A stretch of 64,000 bases of DNA, taken from NCBI GenBank assembly GCA_046483985.1, contig JAWOCD010000080.1, positions 1-64,000 on the forward strand, in the 5' to 3' direction. The stretch is from Promethearchaeia archaeon. Its GTDB lineage: Archaea > Asgardarchaeota > Lokiarchaeia > Sigyniarchaeales > SOKP01. Numbering within the stretch: the stretch's first letter is position 1; every line of letters starts with the position of its first letter. A model generated the notes under the pieces. It saw only the letters and a list, made by a program, of their open reading frames with translations, was not told the origin of the DNA and searched no databases. Of this stretch, positions 27,309 to 36,744 are shown in pieces. A program made the position numbers and the translations under genes.

Positions 27309-29051
27309 TCAGCCAAATAATCCCTTGCTTTTCTTATATAATCCAATAATTTTCATAGCCGGGGGAGTCTCAAAGGCAATATCCACATCAATTACTGCGG
27401 GTTTACCCGAATTAAACGCCCTTTCTAATGCAGGCTGAATTTCACCGGGTTTCTTAATCTTCTCCGCGTAACAACCATATCCTTTAGCAATTTCGGCATA
27501 GTTTGTCGGTGGGAAATCTACATCATAATACCGTTTTGATAGGTTATTTTTTTGATTAGATTTAATCATCCCCCACGCGCTATTATTCGCAATGACGATT
27601 ACTATGGGGAGATTTAATCTTACCGCCGTATCTAATTCTTGCACATTAAACATGAAACTGCCATCGCCCGTTAAACAGAGAACTGGTTTATCAGGTTTTG
27701 CCACTTTTGCACCGATAGCATGAGGTATCCCCGTCCCCAAATGTCCCATTGATACGGGATAATAGGTACTCCGTGGTGGTCGAGGCTTTAGGTTTATGTA
27801 ATTTAATGTAAACACAAAAATATCTCCACCATCAAGTACCAACTGGGTATCTTCGGGTATGTAATCCATTACTTCATACGCAAGCCTCTGGGGCTTCATT
27901 GGAAGCTTATCTCTTTTTAAGAGTTTCTGAATTTGTGATTTTGTGTTTTTTCTGATCTCTTGAAGGGAGTTATTCCACTCGCTCCATTCGGATATCTTTT
28001 CTTTCGGAAGATTTTTTTCCATCTCCTCTAAAAATTGATTAAGTACCGCTTTTGCGTCACCAATAATTCCCACATCCACAGGGCGGTTTTTTCCTAATTC
28101 TTCGGGATCAATATCTACTTGTATAATTTTTTGATCTTGATTCCAGATAGGCGATTCACCAAAAAGTAAGGTGTAATCCCATTTACATCCGAAGGAAACA
28201 ACTGTGTCTGCTTGAGATGCAGCAGTTCGAAATGCATTAACCGTTAGGTAAGACCCTAAAAATGTTTCGTGTGAACTATTAATGCTTCCAATTCCGTTAA
28301 TAGTCGTTCCAGCCGGAATTTTATAGGTGGTTGATAATTTAACAATCTCTTCAGAAGCTTCTGAAGCTTTGGTCCCTCCCCCTGCAATAAGGAGGGGGTT
28401 TTCTGCTTCCGCTAATACTTTAACTGCTTCTTCGATTGCCTTCTGATCTCCCATAGGTCTAACTTGGGGGCGATATTTTTCTGGTTCTATAATTTTATCT
28501 TCATCTTTTTGAGATGCTTCTCTTACCAGCGCAGTTTCTTTCAATTCCAAAAAAACAGGGCCCTTTCTTCCGGTCATTGCAGCTTTCATACATCTTTGAA
28601 CTGCTTTAGGAATTTCATACGGTTCTTCCACAGAAACTTGTAACTTTGTAATAGGCTCCATTAAAGCCATTTGATCCAAACCACCTTGTAAAATACCCGT
28701 ATCATCAAACATTCTTGCGATTTGTGCACCGATTACCAGAAGCGGGATAGAATCAGCTTCTGCCGCAGCTACTGCGGGAACTAAATGGGTTACACCGGGT
28801 CCTGCCGTACCTAGGCATACTCCGATCTCTCCAGTCCCTCTCGCCCAAGCACTAGCCATATGACCTCCCGCTTGCTCGTGACGGACCATAACCGTTTCAA
28901 TTCCTGCTTCTTGACCCCAACGTTTCACTGCGTCAAAAATACGCAATAATTCTCCTCCCACAATACCAAACATCTTGGTGATACCTTCATTCTCCAAACA
29001 TTTTAATAAAAGGTCTCCACCGTCTAGAGGTTTCTTTTTATTTTTAGCCAT
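27309..29051 (-). CDS. Thiamine-diphosphate enzyme (acetolactate synthase / 2-hydroxyacyl-CoA lyase-like)
   Basis: RHEQ, GPG.T and the GDGSF...NN ThDP-binding motif. Confidence 0.92.
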   Translation of the reverse strand: MAKNKKKPLDGGDLLLKCLENEGITKMFGIVGGELLRIFDAVKRWGQEAGIETVMVRHEQAGGHMASAWARGTGEIGVCLGTAGPGVTHLVPAVAAAEADSIPLLVIGAQIARMFDDTGILQGGLDQMALMEPITKLQVSVEEPYEIPKAVQRCMKAAMTGRKGPVFLELKETALVREASQKDEDKIIEPEKYRPQVRPMGDQKAIEEAVKVLAEAENPLLIAGGGTKASEASEEIVKLSTTYKIPAGTTINGIGSINSSHETFLGSYLTVNAFRTAASQADTVVSFGCKWDYTLLFGESPIWNQDQKIIQVDIDPEELGKNRPVDVGIIGDAKAVLNQFLEEMEKNLPKEKISEWSEWNNSLQEIRKNTKSQIQKLLKRDKLPMKPQRLAYEVMDYIPEDTQLVLDGGDIFVFTLNYINLKPRPPRSTYYPVSMGHLGTGIPHAIGAKVAKPDKPVLCLTGDGSFMFNVQELDTAVRLNLPIVIVIANNSAWGMIKSNQKNNLSKRYYDVDFPPTNYAEIAKGYGCYAEKIKKPGEIQPALERAFNSGKPAVIDVDIAFETPPAMKIIGLYKKSKGLFG

Positions 29052-29120
29052 GATAATATTGAATTATGTGTATTAAAAAATAAATCTTTTTAAAATAAGA
29101 TAAAAGAAGATTTAAAAAAA

Positions 29121-29567
29121 TTAGAATTCAATAAGTTCTAAGAAATACCCTAATCTGTCGAGCGTATCCAAATAATAAAACGTTAATTTTCCGACTTCCC
29201 CAACCTGAATGGGTTTTACGTCAAATTCATTTTCAAAGGTTTGAATTAACTCATCGGCTTTTTTTGTGTAAATTCCCAAATGATGTAAGCCCTCTCTTCC
29301 CTCCTCAAGGAACTCAGTATAAAGATTCGGTCCATCCGCTTCTACGATTTCTACGATTTCCATCTGCTTTTCGCCAAAAAACTCCATTATTTTCTTCATT
29401 TTATAGGTGCCCTTCTCTCCTCGACAGGTTACAGATGCATCTTGCTCCACAATATTAATTTTTCCTCGAAAATCGAATAAAGCTCGATATAATTCTGCAG
29501 ACTTTTCAATATCTTTTACAACTATGCCGATTTGGTCAAATTTTTTCAATTTTGGAACCCTTTTCAT
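29121..29567 (-). CDS. VOC/glyoxalase family protein (methylmalonyl-CoA epimerase-like)
   Basis: DQIGIVVKDIE, EGLHHLG and YLDT...G..LELIE. Confidence 0.88.
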   Translation of the reverse strand: MKRVPKLKKFDQIGIVVKDIEKSAELYRALFDFRGKINIVEQDASVTCRGEKGTYKMKKIMEFFGEKQMEIVEIVEADGPNLYTEFLEEGREGLHHLGIYTKKADELIQTFENEFDVKPIQVGEVGKLTFYYLDTLDRLGYFLELIEF

Positions 29568-29594
29568 TATAATCCTCTATTTAATTTTAATAGT

Positions 29595-30935
29595 TTAAAA
29601 TACTTTTGGATAAAATTCTAATTTATCCGTAGGTTTTTTTAATTCAAAAGATCCATTTAAAATTTTTTGTTTCAACTCATCTGCTAATTTTATTGCGCCA
29701 TATCTGTCAGATTGCCTTAGGACAACTGGAATCTCCTTTGCCTCTTCCATATTTTTCAGTTTTTTCTGTACGGTCTTTAAGTCTGCCTTAAAGGCTTTTT
29801 TAGGACAGAGCACCGTGCATGTGCCGCAATTAAAACAACGGCTCCTATCTATTCCTGTGTTTAGATTAAAAGCATTTGTGGGACACTTTGCTTCAGGTGG
29901 ACAATCATCACAATCAACACACAGTTCGGGATCAAATTCAACCTTAAAATTATTATCCCAGACATCCCCGTATGTAATCTCTCCAACTCTAAAACGACCC
30001 ACAACATTTAGGACAGATAAAGGAACATCATGGTCTGACTTTCTAATACGTTTCCAAATTTGTTTATTTAAAATTGGGATAGGGACAGCGATGGAGCAAA
30101 TATTTTCAAGTCCATAAGAGGTTTTAAGAGCTCCCATATATTCCGGTTTCATTCCTTTAAAGTCGGCGATGGTTTGCATATTCGGCTTTTGTCGGTCATT
30201 TCTTGTTCCCGGACCAATAATATAACCCTTTCCCCCATTTACTAAGATTGGTGTTCCTACACCGAATATATCGGCATTTGGATCATTTTGGAAGGGATTC
30301 ATAGCTCCACAACCAGAGAAAGTCATCTGGGAATAATTACCTTTCATAGGAAGGACCGAAAAAATTGTTTCAACAGGATTTTCGGTGGGATTGACCATAG
30401 CGAAATAATTTCTAATAGCCTGCCGAGTACCCATCATTCGTGCAAATTGAAAATCCTCAAGAGTTAATTTTTTTTCGATCGTTTGACCCTTTTCGCCTTT
30501 TGCAACTATGTTTACTTTTTTATTCTCCACTAAATCCCTAAACAACGTTCCTCCCGAATATTCTTCACGAGTTTCACTTCGAGCGGGACCATATAGAATA
30601 AGATCAATAATGCCTAAAAATTCATTTGGACATGGTCCCGGATATCCAGGTATTCCGTTTATACTGACTTCTGTAAATTTTCTGACAGTTTTTGGTGGGG
30701 TGACTCGAAATGAAAAAATCCCAGTAATTCCGCTCATTAGTGCTTTTGTTGCAGTAGTTACCACATCGACATCTTCAAACTCAATAGATTCCCCATCCTC
30801 TAATTTATCTATTATTTCTTGTACGGAGTAGATGCGGGCAATTCCTTTTTCAATCTTCTTATTAATTTTTTTTAAGGTCCTTTCTTTAGGCAAAAATATC
30901 CACGTATCTTTTAAATGAATAGTTGATTTTATCAA
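29595..30935 (-). CDS. DUF39 (homocysteine-biosynthesis / methanogenesis marker 16-like) metalloprotein with a ferredoxin domain; probable start TTG 30893
   Basis: VDVVTTAT, GPCPNE.LG, FSGCG..NP.QNDP, G.PILVNG..GYI.G.GTR; two CxxCxxC...CP clusters. Confidence 0.85.
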   Translation of the reverse strand: MIKSTIHLKDTWIFLPKERTLKKINKKIEKGIARIYSVQEIIDKLEDGESIEFEDVDVVTTATKALMSGITGIFSFRVTPPKTVRKFTEVSINGIPGYPGPCPNEFLGIIDLILYGPARSETREEYSGGTLFRDLVENKKVNIVAKGEKGQTIEKKLTLEDFQFARMMGTRQAIRNYFAMVNPTENPVETIFSVLPMKGNYSQMTFSGCGAMNPFQNDPNADIFGVGTPILVNGGKGYIIGPGTRNDRQKPNMQTIADFKGMKPEYMGALKTSYGLENICSIAVPIPILNKQIWKRIRKSDHDVPLSVLNVVGRFRVGEITYGDVWDNNFKVEFDPELCVDCDDCPPEAKCPTNAFNLNTGIDRSRCFNCGTCTVLCPKKAFKADLKTVQKKLKNMEEAKEIPVVLRQSDRYGAIKLADELKQKILNGSFELKKPTDKLEFYPKVF

Positions 30936-31008
30936 TTAACAAAAATTAATAAAATTTTTTTGAAATCAAGATCTTTTTTTACCAAATCATTCGTCACTGT
31001 GATTATTT

Positions 31009-31728
31009 TTGGCCTATTATGAAACCCGATTAAGAGTTGATCTTCAAAATTCTGAAGAGGTCGCCGAGTATTTAAATACTTGTGAGCAAGTAGGGATAAC
31101 AAATCTTATAATAGAACCTTTAACTTCAGAATTTATGATTACAGATGCCATTAAAAACCAAATCCAAAGCTTGACAAATATTAAGATTTACTTTCGGATC
31201 ACTATGAATCCCCGAAATTTAAAAGAGTTCAATAGAAAAATCCAAAAATTTAATAATTTTAAATATCTGCTTGCAGTAGAATCATCAAATAAGAGGATTC
31301 AGTTAAAAGCTTCAAAAGATTCACGCGTAGATATTCTAACTTTCTCGAATATTAGAAAGATAAAGTCAATTTCAAAAGGGGTCTTGTCCCTTCTTTCTCA
31401 GAATAATACCTACTTAGAACTTTCATTGTCTCCCTTGCTTATTAATAATAAATCAGAACAATCCAGAAATTTCAGAATTACATATCGTTTTATGGAAAGG
31501 GTATTAAATTCAAGAGTTAAATATCTTCTTTGCGGAGATGCCCCCTCACGGTTTTGTTTACGAAATCCACGAGCCTTAATTAGTATATGTGTCTCATTAC
31601 TGGACATACCGATTCAAAAAGCAAAAATGGGGTTCGAAAAATATCCTCAAACGTTAGTAAAGGATAAATTTATCAAAAATGATACTCAGAAGTTTGGGAA
31701 CGGATTTAAATTAATTGGAGGGGGCTAA
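31009..31728 (+). CDS. rnp3: RNase P protein component 3 (Rpp30)
   Basis: DSRVDIL, LELSLSPLL and GDA......LRNPR motifs; directly upstream of Pop5. Confidence 0.8.
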   Translation: MAYYETRLRVDLQNSEEVAEYLNTCEQVGITNLIIEPLTSEFMITDAIKNQIQSLTNIKIYFRITMNPRNLKEFNRKIQKFNNFKYLLAVESSNKRIQLKASKDSRVDILTFSNIRKIKSISKGVLSLLSQNNTYLELSLSPLLINNKSEQSRNFRITYRFMERVLNSRVKYLLCGDAPSRFCLRNPRALISICVSLLDIPIQKAKMGFEKYPQTLVKDKFIKNDTQKFGNGFKLIGGG

Positions 31729-31730
31729 AC

Positions 31731-32063
31731 TTGAAAATTAAAGAAAGACAAAGATACATTTTATTCCAGATTATTAAGAAAAAGGAAAATATGAAAGTTA
31801 AAAAATCTATATTTTTAAAAACATTATGGAGTTCAATATGGAGATATTTTGGGTTGAAAGGAGCAAACAAAATGGGATTGTGGCTGGTTGAATTAAATAA
31901 TAAAAATAACTATGGAATCCTTAGGGTTTCTCAATATTCTAAAGAGATGGCCATCTCAGCGTTGACTTTAATTAAGAACATTAATGGGATGCCCATAATT
32001 TTTTCCACTGTAAAAACTTCAGGGACACTAAAATCATTAAAAAAAAACAATCGAATAGAGTAA
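31731..32063 (+). CDS. rnp2: RNase P protein component 2 (Pop5/Rpp14)
   Basis: ERQRYILF, FG..G, GILRV and TSGTLKSL. Confidence 0.9.
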   Translation: MKIKERQRYILFQIIKKKENMKVKKSIFLKTLWSSIWRYFGLKGANKMGLWLVELNNKNNYGILRVSQYSKEMAISALTLIKNINGMPIIFSTVKTSGTLKSLKKNNRIE

Positions 32064-32101
32064 GTTTTAAAATTGATAAACTAAGTTGGTAATTAAGAGA
32101 A

Positions 32102-32530
32102 ATGGATCTAAAGAAACTAACCGAGGCACACATTCAAAGAAAAAAAGAACGGTTAAACCTTCAAATTGGTTTCAAGAAATCAATTAAAGAAGCAGCTCAA
32201 CCCTATATCTTAATTATTAAATCATACACTAAAAGTTATCTTAAAATTACCATTTATCCCTTGGGAGAAAAAAAGGTTGTTAAAATCTTAATGATTTCCG
32301 AAGAAAAAGATGAAGAAATACTTTGTAACGCGATAGATATACTCAAAAAGTACGAAATTATTCATACAAGTGGATTAATGATGATTAAAAATCAAATATA
32401 CCATGAATGTTATATAAATATGAATAGGGAAACAAAAAAATATAAAGAACTAATAACATCTCTTAAGCAGATGGAAAAATATTTGGAATTAAGAATTGAA
32501 GAAATAGAATTAAAAAAGGTAAATGAATGA
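32102..32530 (+). CDS. Hypothetical protein, possibly with a C-terminal ACT-like domain
   Basis: Beta-alpha-beta-beta-alpha-beta pattern (IIHTSG...ECYIN); operonic position. Confidence 0.6.
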   Translation: MDLKKLTEAHIQRKKERLNLQIGFKKSIKEAAQPYILIIKSYTKSYLKITIYPLGEKKVVKILMISEEKDEEILCNAIDILKKYEIIHTSGLMMIKNQIYHECYINMNRETKKYKELITSLKQMEKYLELRIEEIELKKVNE

Positions 32531-32988
32531 ACATGAAATCTTGGAAAGTTGAACTCAAGTTTGAGAAAAAAAACGAGCAAGTAAAAAGAGAATTAGAATT
32601 ATATGATGCAAATCGGTATTTTAACGGCTATCTTAAAATTAAACGAAGCTATTTTAACGAACTGGTAAAAACAATTAAAATGACTAAAAAGTATGTTGTA
32701 GGAAGAGGAATAGAAAAAGTAACAGGACCAGATGATACAGATTGGACTTTCAACCCATGGATATTATTAATTGTGAAGGACAACGAAAGGGAAAAGCCTT
32801 TTTGGTTTTTTCTCAAAAGAGAGAAAGATTTATCCGGATTATTAGTTGCAATTGGTCCAAAATTATATGCAACCTACAATAGATCAAATGCAGAGGCAAA
32901 ACGAGAGATTAGAAGACTTATTAATTATATCATTGCCTATCTAAATAAATTCAGCTGTGTTTTAATTCTTCCCAATTATCTATCCTAA
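32527..32988 (+). CDS. Hypothetical protein
   Basis: 153-aa ORF with an ATGA overlap to the previous gene. Confidence 0.75.
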   Translation: MNMKSWKVELKFEKKNEQVKRELELYDANRYFNGYLKIKRSYFNELVKTIKMTKKYVVGRGIEKVTGPDDTDWTFNPWILLIVKDNEREKPFWFFLKREKDLSGLLVAIGPKLYATYNRSNAEAKREIRRLINYIIAYLNKFSCVLILPNYLS

Positions 32989-33042
32989 GGTTGCAATTTT
33001 TAAAGAGAAAAAATATTGAATTAGTATGTGGGAAGAATAAAT

Positions 33043-34539
33043 TTATAACCAATCAATTAATTTCTTTCCACAGCGCGGGCATTTTTTTGAGAATGAAGAT
33101 ACTGGCCATCCACAGTTCGGGCATGTATCGCCCGCCGTTGATTTCTGAAATAATTCTTGTTTCTTCTCCAACTTTTTGCTCATATTATTTTTTATTTTCT
33201 TAATTCTTTCATCGATTTCATCGCCAGTTAACCAGAGCAGTTCTTTTACAATCTTTTCCGTATCCTCATATTTCAATTGTGGGATTTCTTCCTGTAATTT
33301 GGCTGAAATTAGTTCTTCTTTTTTATCCCTAATCAGTTCTACTAATTTTTCTTCTCGATTTTCCTTGGTTAACTTTACTAAATCAAGCCGATACTGAGCT
33401 TTTTCCCACTCTTCCAACTCTATACCGTCTTTTTCTACTTCCGTAAATTCCTTTTCAATTTCCTTTAACCTTTCTACAACATCTTTCTGTCTTTCTTCAG
33501 ATAAGTCTTTAGCCATTTCAAATAAAGTAGATCTATTTGTTCGCGTTAAAAAGTCTAAATTTTTAAGGACCTCCTTTAAATCCCAGCCTTTCAGTTGAGA
33601 TTTCTTCTCAATCTCTTTTTTTAATCTATTAATTGTATCCTCTATACGTTTTTTATCTAATGTAATGAGATCTTTTCTGAGTTCGATAATTTTTTCTTCA
33701 CTTAAATTAATTTTAATTTCTTGGATATTTTGTTCAATGAATTCTAAATTTTCGATAATATTTCTTTTGTCTTCCATATCGACTTTATCAAGGAGATCGA
33801 GGTAATAAGAGACTTCCGCCTCATTCAAAAAGTCATATTCTTTAAGCTTGGTTTTGAAAGCTTGTTCCTCCGAGCTTTCGGGCGTTGAATCAGCAGCCTC
33901 ATCGGTAAATAGGTCATCAGAAAAATCTTCCGAGAGCTCTTGTTCTTCAATTTCCACTTCGGCCACTTTTTTGGGCTCTGCCTTTTTTTCTTCTGAAGAT
34001 GGGGGTTCCACAGGAGTCTGTTCTTCTTCTTTTAGCATTTTTATATATCCAGCTACAATGGAATCTATCTCATCCATTAGGGGGAACCTCTCAAATTCTT
34101 GTTGAAAATTTTCAACAAAGTCAGTCGCTTCTGCGTATTTTATATTAAATCCCTTCTCTTCGATCTGGTGTATTATAATATCTATAATTTCTTCTTTTGA
34201 TCTTTTCTTGGGACGATCTTCTTTGTCCAGTTCTTTCTTTTCCTTACTTTCAAGGCCTTCTTTAAGAAGATCCCAAAACTTTTCAGCTTGTTGTTTGGGT
34301 ATATTTCCTTTAACCTGAATGAAGTATTTTCCATCTTCTTCATAAATAGCGATTTTGTTATCTTTCTGAAGGTCTTTATTCTTACCCTCATCAATAAATG
34401 TAACAATTGTGAGAGTATCATCTATATTCACAGATTTTGTCGTAAAAGGAAAAGATTGTAGTATATTTTCAATTATCAACTCAAATTCTTCTAATGTTTT
34501 TCCTTCACCATCAAAGGTTAAGGTTTTTTCATAAGCCAT
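33043..34539 (-). CDS. Helical-repeat protein with a C-terminal zinc ribbon
   Basis: CPNCG...CPRCG at the C-terminus; several ~35-40-aa helical repeats. Confidence 0.85.
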   Translation of the reverse strand: MAYEKTLTFDGEGKTLEEFELIIENILQSFPFTTKSVNIDDTLTIVTFIDEGKNKDLQKDNKIAIYEEDGKYFIQVKGNIPKQQAEKFWDLLKEGLESKEKKELDKEDRPKKRSKEEIIDIIIHQIEEKGFNIKYAEATDFVENFQQEFERFPLMDEIDSIVAGYIKMLKEEEQTPVEPPSSEEKKAEPKKVAEVEIEEQELSEDFSDDLFTDEAADSTPESSEEQAFKTKLKEYDFLNEAEVSYYLDLLDKVDMEDKRNIIENLEFIEQNIQEIKINLSEEKIIELRKDLITLDKKRIEDTINRLKKEIEKKSQLKGWDLKEVLKNLDFLTRTNRSTLFEMAKDLSEERQKDVVERLKEIEKEFTEVEKDGIELEEWEKAQYRLDLVKLTKENREEKLVELIRDKKEELISAKLQEEIPQLKYEDTEKIVKELLWLTGDEIDERIKKIKNNMSKKLEKKQELFQKSTAGDTCPNCGWPVSSFSKKCPRCGKKLIDWL

Positions 34540-34686
34540 TTTATTTCCTATTTCTGTGTTTTAAATAAAATTTAGTTTTATATCCTTAAAATAATTATTA
34601 TCAAAAAATTTTTTATTATTGATAATTTTTCAATAACAATTATTTGAAAGAAGATTGAATAATTTGGATTTTAGTGGTTAATAATA

Positions 34687-35526
34687 TTGATGCAACGAAA
34701 AGCACATCTATTTGTAGTCATTTTTATTATTCATTCCATTATTTTAGTAAATTTAGTTGTCATAAATAATAATAATGTAAATGCTCAATCCGATCTTGAA
34801 GAAATTTCTCCCGAGTTTGGGAATAGCCCCGTTATTGATGGATATATTAATAGAACGGATGAGGAATGGAATAACGCTACAAAAACATCAATGAGATTAT
34901 ACACGAATTCGTCTCAAACGGACGATGGTCTTCCAATTGATTTATGGATTCTCCAGAATTCGTCGGATCTTTATATTTGCATTAAATTCGAAGTAAACGA
35001 ACATGATCCCGATGAGTATGTGGGATTTATAATTTCAGAGGATGAGACAACGGACAGTGAATCTTTTCGCGATATGAAATTCTTGCAATTTTCAGATTTA
35101 GGAGGAGAGAACCAAGATCATACATATAATGATTCTTATAAAGAAGATGGGGACTTTGTTAATGACGGAAAAAATGATGGGAATGGGGCAGCACAATTGG
35201 GTTCGGATGACGAAGAAATAACATATGAATTTTCTATACCGATCAATAACACAGAAGCACAGAATGACGAGGAGGATGTTTTTCTTGATTATGGAGAATC
35301 TTACGCATTCCGAATAATTTTCGGGAATTCGGATTCGAATCCTCCTGATTATTTCAAGAGTAACATTATATCTATGAAAATTGCATATCCAGATCTTCCG
35401 CCTGAACCTTCAATCTGGGAAACGGTTTTATTAGTTTTGACTATTATAATCTTTAGTGCCTTGGGGGCATTATTTGGTTACTACGTATATTTAATTTACA
35501 AATTAGAAAAACGGATAAAAAGATAG
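34687..35526 (+). CDS. Secreted, membrane-anchored CBM9/DOMON-like protein
   Basis: Signal peptide, SPVIDG...EEWNNA, YEFSIP and a C-terminal TM. Confidence 0.75.
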   Translation: MMQRKAHLFVVIFIIHSIILVNLVVINNNNVNAQSDLEEISPEFGNSPVIDGYINRTDEEWNNATKTSMRLYTNSSQTDDGLPIDLWILQNSSDLYICIKFEVNEHDPDEYVGFIISEDETTDSESFRDMKFLQFSDLGGENQDHTYNDSYKEDGDFVNDGKNDGNGAAQLGSDDEEITYEFSIPINNTEAQNDEEDVFLDYGESYAFRIIFGNSDSNPPDYFKSNIISMKIAYPDLPPEPSIWETVLLVLTIIIFSALGALFGYYVYLIYKLEKRIKR

Positions 35527-35529
35527 GAT

Positions 35530-35946
35530 GTGTTAACTTTGCCAAAATTCAAAAAAAAAAAAAAGCCAACTAAGAAAAAGAAAAAATATACCAAAAAAGA
35601 ACAAGCTTTTAAAAGTGTTAAAATAGCAGCGATTCTGTCTGGAATATGTTTGGTTCTTTCGGTATTATTTAATGCAGAAATTATAACCTTTTTCATGAAT
35701 AAAGGTCTAAAATGGGACATTGTTGATGTGACGATAAAAACTACGAGTATTTTGTTATTTTTTATCTTCACTTTAATTAGTATTGGTAATTTCAAAGATA
35801 TTACGGGAAAACCTATAACCTTAAAAGAAATTTCACTACTTTTTGGGCTCTCTTTATTACAAACAATTAATAATTTATGGGTTTTTCTATTCACTCTTTT
35901 AGGCGTTCCATTAATCGTTATATATCTTTATTTTGTGCAAAAATAA
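35530..35946 (+). CDS. Small membrane protein
   Basis: Lys-rich N-terminus followed by 3-4 TM segments. Confidence 0.75.
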   Translation: MLTLPKFKKKKKPTKKKKKYTKKEQAFKSVKIAAILSGICLVLSVLFNAEIITFFMNKGLKWDIVDVTIKTTSILLFFIFTLISIGNFKDITGKPITLKEISLLFGLSLLQTINNLWVFLFTLLGVPLIVIYLYFVQK

Positions 35947-35973
35947 GAAAGATATATATCTCTTTCTTTCTTA

Positions 35974-36744
35974 TTGTTAAAACAGATAATTATGTCTAGG
36001 ACCTTTTATTTTGTTGGACACCGAGGAACCCGGGTGGGTTATGACGAAAATACAATGGAAGCCTTTCAGCAGGCAATAAAAAAGGGCGCGAATGTAATTG
36101 AGTTTGACGTAAGAAAAACCAAGGATCAAAAGTTGGTCATCTTTCATGATGCAAGCTTAGAAAGAATCACCACTTGTTCTGGAAAGATTGAACAAATAAA
36201 GTATAACCAAATAAAAGACTGTAGGACCAAAAAAAGAAACAGAAAAATTCCGTTACTGCGGGATGTGCTCGAAGAATTTTTTCCAAGGGTAAAATTAATG
36301 ATCGAACTTAAAGGAAAGAATGTTAAGAAAAATATCTTCGGCCAAATTAAGAAATATAATAATATCCAAAATTGCATTTTTAGTGGACGTCAATTAGGCG
36401 ACCTTATTTCCATTCAACAACGGTTTCCAGAAAGCCAAATTTGCTATAATATTACCAAAGGAAAGGATTTAACCATATCTGAGTTCCTTCAACTTGGAAA
36501 TACAAAAGAACTTAAAGAAAAACCGGATATGATAAGTCTAAGATCGTCGTTAGTTACTAAAGATTTCATTCATATATGTCATAAGAATAAGATTAAAGCA
36601 TTATCTTGGGACTTCTTCAATTATTCAAGGGAAAAAGCGACAAATAGAATTAAGGATTTGATAAAGATCGGGATAGATGGAATTTTATTTGATGATTATA
36701 AAAATATTCCCGTAATCAAAGAATGGATCGCTAATCATATTTGA
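35974..36744 (+). CDS. Glycerophosphodiester phosphodiesterase
   Basis: GHRG, ENT..AF, IEFDV..TKD...V.FHD, IELK and GIDGI..D. Confidence 0.93.
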   Translation: MLKQIIMSRTFYFVGHRGTRVGYDENTMEAFQQAIKKGANVIEFDVRKTKDQKLVIFHDASLERITTCSGKIEQIKYNQIKDCRTKKRNRKIPLLRDVLEEFFPRVKLMIELKGKNVKKNIFGQIKKYNNIQNCIFSGRQLGDLISIQQRFPESQICYNITKGKDLTISEFLQLGNTKELKEKPDMISLRSSLVTKDFIHICHKNKIKALSWDFFNYSREKATNRIKDLIKIGIDGILFDDYKNIPVIKEWIANHI

